The notes beneath the pieces are model-generated. The model was not told where the DNA came from, did no database searches, and saw only the letters and a program-made list of their open reading frames with translations. Both the position numbers and the translations under genes were made by a program. Below, one piece after another: positions 54,127 to 64,000 of a DNA stretch of 64,000 bases. This DNA comes from Vitrella brassicaformis CCMP3155 (Eukaryota; Protista; Chromerida). The number at the start of each line of letters is the position of its first letter. Positions within the stretch are counted from its first letter, which is position 1. The DNA lies in the NCBI GenBank assembly GCA_001179505.1, contig CDMY01000419.1, forward strand, positions 16,998-80,997, in the 5' to 3' direction.

Positions 54127-54890
54127 TCATGAGGAAGCGCTGGTCGCTTGTGAGACCCCATACAGGGACGTATCGACGGCCCCCTCTCTTCTCCCAGATG
54201 GCAGCCGGTAGCCGTCGCTGTCATACTGATACTGATACTGTTGGTACTCTGCCGACGTCATGCCATGGTGGCTGACAAACGCCGGGGCGCCACGCTCTCG
54301 GACGAAAATACCGGCATATCTGCCGGTGCCGTCGACCTCGTAGCCCGACACGTCCACCGGTCTGTACCTCTTTCTTGACAGCTCCTTGAATTTCGCTTGG
54401 TACCTGAAGGCAGGCGACATACGTCCCTCACACCGTGTTCGTGTGCCCATTTGCTTGTTCGTTCACTGACTGACTGTCGCTGGTGAGGCCGTGGACGGCT
54501 TGCCACTGCCGCGATCCTTTCTCCCAGACGCCAGCGTAACGGGCCTCTCCGTCTAGCGAATAGCCGCTGATATCCACCAACTTGTAGCCCTCCGATAAAA
54601 GTGTGTCAAAGGCCTTCTTATACCTGCAGGACACACACAAACGACACAGGCAGAAGGTGCGGGTGAGTCCCTTCGGTGAGATTTCTCTCGCTCACTCTGA
54701 AGATGTAAGAGCATGCTTCGCCTGCCAGTCGGGCCCGGCATCTTATCTTTTGTCCATATGGCGGCATAGCAATCTTGACCCTCGACAGTATACCCAGAGA
54801 CCTGCTTAAGTCTGTAGCCTTGCTCTTGGAAGGACTTGAAGGCCTTTGATACTCGTCCGCAGTGAGGACATGGCGAGCAGCCGTGGGGAG
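54127..54890 (-). pseudogene. Degenerate gene of BTRD1 / polyglycine-hydrolase-like structural repeats (about 4 repeats)
   Basis: Repeats ARHVLTADEYQ-KAFKSFQEQGYRLKQVSGYTVEGQDCYAAIWTK, YKKAFDTLLSEGYKLVDISGYSLDGEARYAGVWEK..WQAVHGLTSD, YQAKFKELSRKRYRPVDVSGYEVDGTGRYAGIF..HHGMTSAEYQ. Several 1-nt frameshifts, an internal deletion in repeat 4, and no clear start codon. Confidence 0.8.
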
Positions 54891-54966
54891 AAGGAAGCCG
54901 CGATCCGTTGCGGCGCCCTTCACCACGAGTTTCACGGAGGGACGAGCGCGAGAAGGGACCACAAAG

Positions 54967-57013
54967 ATGATGAATCTCATCTGCCTTGCTCTCTGCATCC
55001 TTTCCATCGCATCACTCCTTATCTGTGCGAATGGCTGGGGCATCTATGACAGCAGCATGGGCGCCGGCCTCTGGACCACGCCGCAGCTCCACGCTTTCGA
55101 CCCTGTGCGCGCCGGCAAGGACTGGATCCACGTCAGCTGGACGGCCGCGTTCAACCCTTGGGCGGAGCTGCACAGCTATGAGCTGCAGGTGCGGACGGTG
55201 TTCGGTTCGGAGCAGACGTTCAACTGCGAGTACATGAAGAACAGAAATGAGCTGCATGCCAACTACGAGGGCTGCAGCAACATCGACTGGGGACCTTGGG
55301 TCACCGTCTACACTGGCACGCAGCGACTGGCGAGAGCCACTGGGTGAGAAATGGAATGAAGGGCCGGGCTCACGTGACGATGGAGTCCTATCTCTTATGT
55401 GTCACGGTCTCTCTCTCTGTTATCTTTTTCCACTCAGGTTCAACTACACGAATCCGGATAATGCTCTGGAGCATCGGTGGGAGCTTCTTCTCCCCGGCGC
55501 GCCTTACTGGTTCCGCGTACGTGCGGTTGGCAAGGGCAGCTCAGGCACGAGCGCTTGGAGCGCCCAGCTGGTAGCCTTCACACAGCTCAACGCCACTCAG
55601 GACCGCTTCAACATCTATCTGCGGGGCACGGGACGCAACAACCCCGCACACGCCATCATACAGGTGGACGGCAGGAGGCTTTATGAGCGCATGGACGAGA
55701 GGGGGCTCGTGCTGGCCGTCTTCGATCGCACCGACTTCGAGCTGGCGTCGATCGAGACCTTCGACACATTCGGCAATCGGACGGCGGCGTACATGATGGC
55801 ACAGCGGCTGAATCAGTTCGATCAGCGGTATGTGGTGCTAGTGGTGTCTGTTGACGCGTGGGAGGCGCAGGTGTCATTGACGCTGGCGAGGGAGCTGGCT
55901 TTGTGCGGGGCCTACCACCTGCAGTCCTTCCCATCTGTACACAGGTGTGCATGTTTAGCCCACGGAAGCGAGAAAACATGCACGTAATCGAGCGGGGCCA
56001 TCTGCCTGCATCCATTTGTCTCTCTGTCTGCGATGTGTTGTCATGTGTCTGTCAGCGAGAAGACCATTTTGTCGCCCTATTCTGATGCCGACCAATCGGC
56101 CTCGTCTAAGGGCTTCGGCCACCCATACGCCTTCATCGGCATCCCAGGACTCGGTACAGGCGCCGGCTGGGAGGCCATCCAGTACCCGACGGGCCACTAT
56201 CGCAGGAGCGGCCTGACGCCTCACGCTGAGATCCGCGCTACTGTCTACTACGACTACGTGACGCGGATGTTTCGGATTGCCCCAGACGTCCTGCATCCAT
56301 CGGCTGGCTTCTTCCTTGGGGCGTCCCCCCCGCAGCCTTCAACTCTGCACAATCCGATGCCAACAAGACCACAGAACGACACGAACCAGACGGCAAACGG
56401 CAACAACGTGTCTGTACTCGCTCCCCACTCACTTATCCGAAATCAGCCCCCCATTCCTTACGAGCCGTACGTGTCGACCGTCCGACAGCTGATGCCGCTG
56501 CTGCTGGAGGCCAATGAGACGAATCTGCAGTCGAGGAATCGCGGCTACGAGATCACGACAGTGGCGGGTGTGCACGTGGTCGATCCACGGCCATTGGATG
56601 ACACCTTTACTGAGCTGGAGGCCTTGTGGGGCGGCCCCAGTAGAAGGGAACTCAGCGACCCGGTGATCAACATGACACAGCATGTGACGGACGTGGCTTC
56701 CCTCCAGCCTATGACATCGGCCAACAACGACACGTTTTTCGTGGTGGGCATTCCGAGGAAAGATCGAGCGTGTTACGGCTTCGTCCGCGAGGGATACTTC
56801 AATCCCCTGCCGCCGGCAGAGTGCGCCAGCTACGCGCCTCCCACATGGCCCGTGACGTGCTGCACACCTGACCAAGCCGACAGGGCTCGAGTGGAGCTGT
56901 TTCGATGCGGCACGGGGTTGACACCCAAGATCTGCTATCCCCCTGATGTGTCCCCGCCGCTGAGCGTCATGACGGTTATTGACAACCTCAGGTTCCATGT
57001 TAGAGCGTTTTGA
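54967..57013 (+). CDS. Secreted protein with a fibronectin type III domain and an ILEI/PANDER-like domain
   Basis: Signal peptide MMNLICLALCILSIASLLICANG; FN3 (IHVSW..SYELQ..LLPGAPYWFRVRAV..SAWS); ILEI-like (RGLVLAVFDRTDFELASIETFDTF..YVVLVVSVDAW..HPYAFIGIPG). Confidence 0.75.
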
Positions 57014-57626
57014 CGTATATATGCATCCGTACATGTCTGCCGCGGTGTGGCGCGTGGGGGTGGGCTTTGATCGCTCCTTCCTGACTGGCATCATTTAGTG
57101 TGTACTTGCATGCGCAAATTGTACAGAGCTTCATGGCCGTGTACACAGTTTTCATGTTTCGATGTACCAACACACGTCTCCAATCCGGGTTTGGCTGGGT
57201 GTTGAGTCCATCACGGGTATCAAAGTTGCAGCGTGCACGCATGAGAGCATGCACACAGCTTGTCTACCCATCCCCCAGATGCATGTAAAGAAAACCGCCC
57301 GTGGCCAAGCTGTCACCAAAGCACATCTCTTGTGAGACAGAGGTTTTGTGTTCCAACATCCGGAGAGGCGTTGGGCATTGCGCACCCGCAACGGGTGTCC
57401 CAGCAGCAACGAACTGGCGTTACGGTCGTACGAACCAACTACAGCCTCATCAGAGTTTACGGCCGGTAATGGCTGTACGCCAGAATTCCCGTAACCGGCA
57501 TCTCGTTTCCTTCCTGAAATCCTTGGTGCACCTCAACCGTTCCCTTGCGCCTCCTTGTTCTCGACCGCGGTTCCGCTCTCCCCTTCTGCCCCTCCCTACC
57601 CACGCCCGCCGGGTCATCTGCCAGCA

Positions 57627-58592
57627 ATGAGGACCTGGGTCGTCGCTCTCCTGGGCATGGTTGCCTTCGCGGCCGCACAGGAATTCGAACAACCCGCTCG
57701 TGCCAACTGCGAGGGGGCCCGGGAGTGCCACTATCCCACCACGCCTCCCACGACCACCACCAGGTAGGAGGGGTTGGCCTTGGCTAGCTGGCTCGTGCCC
57801 AGCTGGATGCTGTGGGTGTTGTGTGTGTGTGTGTGTCGACGTAGCACGACGAGTACTACGCCAATCATCACTACTACGACTCCGGTGGTGACGACAACGA
57901 CGACTACGACCACAACCAGTAGGGTGCCTGAGAGAGACACGCGCCCTGGGTGCCTGACGCACTGCTGACTGACACCTGCCTTGGCTGCTGTGTCTGTGTC
58001 TGTGTGCGTGTGTTGCCTGCAGAGAAGCCTCCCAAGCCGACGAAGGCTCCCAAGCATGACAAATACGACGGCGACGGGAAGTGCTGCTGGATGTGCCACC
58101 CGTTTGGTACGTCGCAGACCACGGCACGCAACAGCAAGACAGAGAGAGAGACACACAGCCCACGTGTGTCGGGTGCGTTGCTTGCGCTGTGGTGTCCCTC
58201 AGACCTCTTCTGCTGGGTGCACGAGTGCCTCTGGGACGGGTGCGACCACGAGTGGTTCCACGATCATCCTGATGAGGCACATGCCGCCGAACTGAAACTC
58301 AAGAACTGCTTCGACTTGGGCTTCGACGTCAAACTAGGTCAGGGCGGTCGGAGTAGGGTGGTGGCACACTTGCTCCCACCATCTTTCTCTCTCTCTCTCT
58401 CTCTCTCCCGTGTATGTGTGTGTGTGTGTGTGTGTGTGCCTTTTTCTCGCCACAGGCCCCAAGGGTATCTCCATTGGTCAGTCTCAATCTCAATCTTCTG
58501 GTGCTGGTGCTGGGCTCCGAGGAGCTCAGAGCGAGGGCCTCCAAATGTGCAAGGAGATGGAGAGGAACATGAACGCGGCCTCCGGCTACTAG
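57627..58592 (+). CDS. Small secreted mucin-like protein (Thr-rich stalk plus Cys-rich domain)
   Basis: Signal peptide MRTWVVALLGMVAFAAAQ; PTTPPTTTT|STTSTTPIITTTTPVVTTTTTTTTT; KCCWMCHPF|DLFCWVHECLWDGC; stop after NAASGY. Confidence 0.7.
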
Positions 58593-60081
58593 ATGGCTCG
58601 ATAGATTGATTGTCTGTCGGAGGGACACATCCGGGTGGGTCGTTCATTCGTTCGTTCGTTGGTACTTCGGCGTAATTCGTACACATCGCATTTTTCGCAC
58701 ATGCCTGCTGTGGATGTCATGATGTCTGGATGTCTGTGGGGATGGATGTGGGACACACACGCGTGCCCGTGCCCTGATTGCTTGCATGCATGGGATTGGA
58801 CGTAGTCCGGTTGTTTTGATCTGACTTGAGAGTTCGTCATACACATGGTATGACTGTCCGGTGTGTTCGGCGTCTTGTTGTGTTGGTTCATCTGTCTGTG
58901 GAAGGGAGCCATTCGTGTCGCTATCGTCCTTGTCCGGTGTCTGTGATGATGCATGCCATCGAGGGGACATGGGTACACGGGTGGGTGATCTGCCGAAGAC
59001 CAAAGTGTTTCATTACGTGCACATGTTCCATACTCCACGGCTGTACAGCTAACACATGACAGAACAGTCAGCTCGGCATTGGCTTTTTCATTGACTTTTT
59101 GTCTGGATGTCTGGATCGATGTGTTGTGGGCGTGTCGTGAAGTGGCTGTCGACCTGTCACTCACTGGTGCGCTCCAACATGCGAGCGACTGATTGACGGG
59201 TAGGCAGGCACACACGGCATGACACGCCATGAGATGGTGCGTGCATGTGTCGCTGCCCCATCTCATGGGTAGCATTGCTCCGGGCTTCACTTTCTAATTT
59301 CTTTCACCCACACCTCACGCTCTCATTATTCTTTCTCGAGAGAGGGGTCGGGTCTTTCCTTTTGCCTTGGCACCTGACCGTCTTCAAGAGCGCTTTCTTT
59401 CTTTCTTTCTGGGCGTCTCGTCCGATTGTCTTCTGGCACTGTGTCGGTTCACCTTGTCTTGTGCTGTGTTGGGCTGAGCGAATGGAGAGCCAAGCCAAAG
59501 TCGGTAGGTATTTGTTCGTCTGGGTGCGTGGAGTGGGTGTGCACATGTGCGCTCGTTCGTTGCCATGGCGGGCCATGCATCATGCATGCCTCGGCCGGCC
59601 ATGGCAGAGAGCCGGTCGACATGTACAGACTGATGACACGCACACGTGGCTGTAGGTAGAGAGACAGATAGATGAGTCTATGCGTCTTTGTGCTGAGTGT
59701 CGTGTGTGTGGGGCTGTGGGCGTGTCAGTGAGCTCCGAAATGGCGAGTCGCTGACGCGTCGACATCCACACATGCACACATTCTTGGTGCACCACTTCCT
59801 GACTGTCTTGTGCATGGCCTCGCTGTCAAAACACCAGAGAAAGCGCAACGGCCCGAAGCGGGCAAAATCGTATGGCAAGTGCATGTATGCATGCAGCTTT
59901 GGTTGAGTGTTGGTTGAGTGTTGGTGCCGTCCATCCATCCATTCGTTCATTCATTGATGGGTTCTGCTTGTGTGTGTGTGTGTGTGGGACCGATGGAGCC
60001 AATGCATGGCATTCATTAACTGACAGTCAATGATTCACGGAGAGAGTTCGTATGTCCGTGGAGAGCCTTCGCAGCAGTGCA

Positions 60082-60204
60082 GAAGGCCAGCTGTCTGGCT
60101 GGACAGCTGGCAGGGAGGCCTGGAAGGCTGGCTTTCCGGCTGGCAAGCTGGCAGGGAGGCCCGGAAGGCCAGCTGTCTGGCTGGCAAGCTGGCAGGGAGG
60201 CCTG
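60082..60204 (+). repeat. 41-bp minisatellite x3 followed by degenerate, partly inverted copies to ~60360
   Basis: GAAGGCCAGCTGTCTGGCTGGACAGCTGGCAGGGAGGCCTG and two variants start at 60082, 60123 and 60164. Confidence 0.9.
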
Positions 60205-61259
60205 GAAAGCCAGCGCCTGGAAAGCTGGCTTTCCGGGTGGTCAGGCCAGCTTTCCGGCTGGCTGGCTGGCTGGCTGGCTTTCCGCGGGCTTAGCTAGCCT
60301 TCTGCGGACTTGGCTAGCTTTCCCCACCTCCTCTCAGCTTTCCGGCCGGAACTCCAGCTTTTCGCCGCACTTTGGTAGTTGCGCGCCGTCTCTTATGTGC
60401 ACAATACAACCGGGCCTGACGTTTTGGCTGCGTGCTTGTGATCTTGCGTCTCGTGGATCGCGCCTTGCCTTCTCAGTTTGCCTTTTCGGCCCAGTGCTGC
60501 TGTACAACACTGCCAAGGGCCTGGCTGTCGTCTCTCACACACCTGAATCGCCCATCTGCATTCCTGGTATGCATGCGTGTGGACACGGAAAGGAACGAGG
60601 ACACGAAAATGGACGCATGTGTGTGTGTTCGTGTGTGGGTCTGTGCGTCGTCGATGTGCTGTTGTGGTGTGGTATGGCATGGCAGGTTGTTTTTCGCACT
60701 CTTCTGTCGCCTCCCTGTTCCGTTTGGGTGCGCTGTACACTACTATCTGGTTGGCAAGCGCACACACTGACTGGATGGCTGGCTTGTGAGTGTCCATCGT
60801 GTTGGTGTTGTTGTGTGTGTTGGTCGCTCTTCGTTCGGGTGCACTTTTGCCATCACTCTCTGGTGCGCATCAAGGCAGACAGACAGACAGGCATCAGACA
60901 CACCGACCACACACACCACACTGTCTGTGTGGCTGCCTGGCTGCTGCATGCGATGTCCTCAGACGTGGTATTTGCTTTTGCCGGTCGTCTGCGAGTTTGG
61001 CAGCGGCAGTTCCCTGCCTTGTCAACGCTCACAGCGCCCATTGGTTGAGCTCGCTGCATGACCGGCACTGTCTGAGGACTTTCACGACAGACGTTCATTC
61101 ATTCATTCAATCGCTCTCGAGTCCCCACGCTTGAGTCAACCTGTGTTGATCTAGACCATCCCCTTCGGATGGTCTGAGCAGAGCACAAGAAATCCAACTA
61201 CAGCCTCATCAGAAGCTGCACTCCGCCAATACCGCTTCAGTGTCGGGGTCGGAGTTATC

Positions 61260-62341
61260 GTGGCGAAGAAGAGGCAAGACGAGACAGAGAAGAGACGAGA
61301 GGCGATGGATCGGAGAGAGATGAATGACAACGTTGGGCGTGATTTGGCGATCTATACTGGTAATGGTGACGGTCGTGGTGACGGATTTGGATTTGGAGGC
61401 CAGCAGACTGCATACGGCCCCGATTATCGCTACAGCAGCCCTCCCTTTCCCCCGCCTGCATACCCACCCGCATTCCGCCCGCCCCGTGGAGGTGGTGGCA
61501 GCGGATTCGGACGCCCCCAGTTCGGCTATGGCAGCGGTGGTTTCGGCAGGGGCCAGCGAGGCATGAACGTCTTCATCCCCCAGGAGCCCGGCGACCCGCC
61601 CATCGGCTACGGTGAGGCGCGGGAAGCCGTCAGGCGGCACATGGAGGCGAAGAAGAAGGCGGAGCAGCAGGCGGCGCTAGAGCCCTTCAAGACCAAACTG
61701 GACGAGCTCACAAAGATGGTGGAGCAGCACATCCGCAATGCCAACCAGGCACCATCGCACGCCACCCCATCCACGTCCAGCGGCCACATCGGTGCGAGGG
61801 CAGCGGCACCGGCCGGCGCAGTGGGCAGGGAAGAGTTCGAGGCCTTCATCGCTTCCCAGGAGAGGCGGATGGCGGAGCTGCAGAGGGAGAGAGCATCCCA
61901 CCAGCCTGCACCCTCTTCCTATCGCCCTTCCCGCCACCCCTCACCCTCTCCCCGCATCGCACCCGGCCTGTTTGAGGACCTCACGTCAGACCGGACGGCG
62001 ACCAGCCGATGGAGTCCCCACGCAAGCGCAAGGCGGCAGATGGGGCAGCAGCAGCGCTCTTTGCCGACCTGGATGCTGCCGATGACGATCCGCTGATCGA
62101 GACCATGGTCAAGACAGTGGAGGAGGCACTCAGATTCAAGGTGCCCGTCAACGAGCTCCCCAACGTGCGCGACGAGGAGGACCTGGCGGCGCAGGCCCTC
62201 AAGGCACGGACGTGGAGCAAGGACCAGAAGGACTACGTGCTGAGGAGGTGCGGGCTCCCCAAGAAGAGCAAATGGGGCAAGCCGACGATGAAGAAAATCG
62301 TCAAATGGACCCTGCATCAGGCTGGTGTGGGGTCCGACTGA
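61260..62341 (+). pseudogene. Intronless Gly/Pro-rich ORF, tandem copy 1 (1-nt frameshift at ~61992)
   Basis: Matches copy 2 except GACCGGAC vs GACCAGGAC, which splits it into ORFs 61260-62096 and 62009-62341. Confidence 0.6.
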
Positions 62342-62671
62342 CTATCTGTGCATGCGAGTGGCTGGAATGAGGGGGTGAGTGCGCGTGAGCTGCTAGAGAG
62401 GGCTGCAGAGAGATGCAAAGAGAGATCCTGTACGAGTGCGCGTCGTGATGAGAGTGACGTGGGGATGTTACGTGACTGGCTGTTTGCATCTCTGTCGTGT
62501 GTTGCGGCGCATGAGTCGAGCCATACTGTCCGTATCATTTCTCGCTTCCTGCCGCCGTCTGTACAAGCTGCATTGCTTCGTGGTGGGCAGGAAGGGCCTG
62601 TTAGTGAGTGGAGTGGTGTGAAGGAATGGATGGATTGGATGTCTGAACGACTGGCTGACGACTCACTGGCA

Positions 62672-62971
62672 NNNNNNNNNNNNNNNNNNNNNNNNNNNNN
62701 NNNNNNNNNNNNNNNNNNNNNNNNNNNNNNNNNNNNNNNNNNNNNNNNNNNNNNNNNNNNNNNNNNNNNNNNNNNNNNNNNNNNNNNNNNNNNNNNNNNN
62801 NNNNNNNNNNNNNNNNNNNNNNNNNNNNNNNNNNNNNNNNNNNNNNNNNNNNNNNNNNNNNNNNNNNNNNNNNNNNNNNNNNNNNNNNNNNNNNNNNNNN
62901 NNNNNNNNNNNNNNNNNNNNNNNNNNNNNNNNNNNNNNNNNNNNNNNNNNNNNNNNNNNNNNNNNNNNNNN
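62672..62971. other. Assembly gap (300 N)
   Basis: Run of N between the two tandem copies. Confidence 1.
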
Positions 62972-63876
62972 GCCCTCCCTTTCCCCCACCTGCATACCCA
63001 CCCGCATTCCGCCCGCCCCGTGGAGGTGGTGGCAGCGGATTCGGGCGTCCCCAGTTCGGCTATGGCAGCGGTGGTTTCGGCAGGGGCCGGTCTGACATCA
63101 ATGTCTTCATACCACAGGAGCCCGGCGACCCGCGCATCGGCTATGATGAGGCGCGGGAAGCTGTCAGGCGGCACCTAGAGGAGAAGAAGAAGGCCGAGCA
63201 GCAGGCGGCGCTAGCGCCCTTCAAGGCCCAACTGGACGAGCTCACACAGATGGTGCAGCAGCAGAACCGCAACGCCAACCAGGCACCATCGCACGCCGCC
63301 CCATCCACGTCCAGCGGCTACGTCGGTGCGAGGGCAGCGGCATCGGCCGGCGTAGTGGGCAGGGAAGAGTTCGAGGCCTTCATCGCTTCCCAGGAGAGGC
63401 TGATGGCGGAGCTGCGGAGGGAGAGAGCATCCCGCCAGCCTGCGCCATTTTCCTATCGCCCTTCCCGCCACCCCTCACCCTCTCCCCGCATCGCACCCGG
63501 ACTGTTTGAGGAGCTCACGTCAGACCAGGACGGCGACCAGCCAATGGAGTCCCCACGCAAGCGCAAGGCGGCAGATGGGGCAGCAGCAGCGCTCTTTGCC
63601 GACCTGGATGCTGCCGATGACGATCCGCTGATCGAGACCAAGGTCAAGACAGTGGAGGAGGCACTCCGATTCAAGGTGCCCGTCAACGAGCTCCCCAACG
63701 TGCGCGACGTGGAGGACCTGGCGGCACAGGCCCTCAAGGCACGGACGTGGAGCAAGGACGAGAAGGAGATCGTGCTGAGGACGTGCGGGCTCCCCAAGAA
63801 GAGCAAATGGGGCAAGGCGACGATAAAGAAAATCGTCACATGGACCCTCCATCAGGTTGGTGTGGGGTCCGACTGA
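62972..63876 (+). CDS. Intronless Gly/Pro-rich ORF, tandem copy 2 (5' end in gap); possibly element-derived
   Basis: Open frame from the gap to TGA 63876, ending FKVPVNELPNVRD..WSKDEKEIVLRTCGLPKKSKWGKATIKKIV. Confidence 0.6.
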
Positions 63877-64000
63877 CTATCTGTGCATGCGAGTGGCTGG
63901 AATGAGGGGGTGAATGCGCGTGAGCTGCTAGAGAGGGCTGCAGAGAGATGCAAAGAGAGATCCTGTACGAGTGCGCGTCGTGATGAGAGTGACGTGGGGA

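Larger units (their letters stand above)
1..64000. repeat. Abundant intronic microsatellites (CA/GT, GTCT, GGAT, GA, ATGC)
   Basis: For example (CT)n at ~536-553, (ATGC)n at ~6393-6419, (CA)n at ~16700-16725, (CT)n at ~44026-44052. Confidence 0.9.
61430..64000 (+). repeat. Direct tandem repeat, nominal period 1535 bp including the gap
   Basis: Homologous stops at 62341 and 63876; 3' flanks (CTATCTGTGCATGCGAGTGGCTGGAATGAGGGGGTG...) almost identical. Confidence 0.95.

Noticed and set aside
54127-54890. Bacterial contamination explaining the BTRD1 repeats
   Set aside because: The repeats are interrupted by GT-AG introns with host-type (CA/GT) microsatellites and flanked by spliced genes.
57435-57454. 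The 20-mer repeat as a spliced-leader exon targeted by the CRE-like element
   Set aside because: No GT donor directly follows in both copies, and it is far from the element; there is no support.
58600-60050. Possible gene or ncRNA downstream of the mucin-like gene
   Set aside because: Only microsatellite-rich sequence; no coherent exon chain or tRNA/rRNA signature.
60082-60204. 41-bp direct repeats as a CRISPR array
   Set aside because: The units are contiguous with no unique spacers, there are no cas genes, and the context is eukaryotic.
1-64000. Most ORFs in the six-frame track (CVCVC/HTHT/LSVCLS-rich, and X-containing ORFs across gaps)
   Set aside because: They are read-through of intronic microsatellites, antisense shadows of GC-rich exons, or artefacts of N runs.

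Overview
Intron-rich eukaryotic nuclear DNA. GT-AG introns filled with (CA)n/(GTCT)n/(GGAT)n microsatellites, together with bipartite signal+transit plastid-targeting leaders (GF.. / AF.. after the signal peptide), point to an alga with a complex plastid, most likely a chromerid (Vitrella-like alveolate). This taxon call is inference. About 19 genes and gene copies could be reconstructed by hand from exons, mostly in head-to-head pairs: plastid dihydrolipoamide dehydrogenase; secreted Cys-rich protein; TRP-like cation channel whose intron 2 holds a 5'-truncated antisense CRE-like (REL-endonuclease) non-LTR retrotransposon; RCC1-repeat protein; GPH/MFS_2 sugar transporter; a ~5.4-kb tandem duplication of a multi-TM + C-terminal LRR receptor-like gene (copy 1 frameshifted); plastid ORANGE/PSA2-like DnaJ zinc-finger protein; intronless steroid 5-alpha-reductase; MDP-1 phosphatase; coiled-coil protein; AKMT-like SET protein with C-terminal MYND; HMG-box protein; and a possible extracellular-glycan neighbourhood (GT47, DUF266/GT14-like GT, decayed BTRD1 bacterial-type repeat gene, FN3+ILEI protein, mucin-like protein). 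The window ends in a ~1.5-kb tandem array of an intronless Gly/Pro-rich ORF. There are three 300-N gaps. Exon boundaries and family calls come from motif recognition only; no searches were run.
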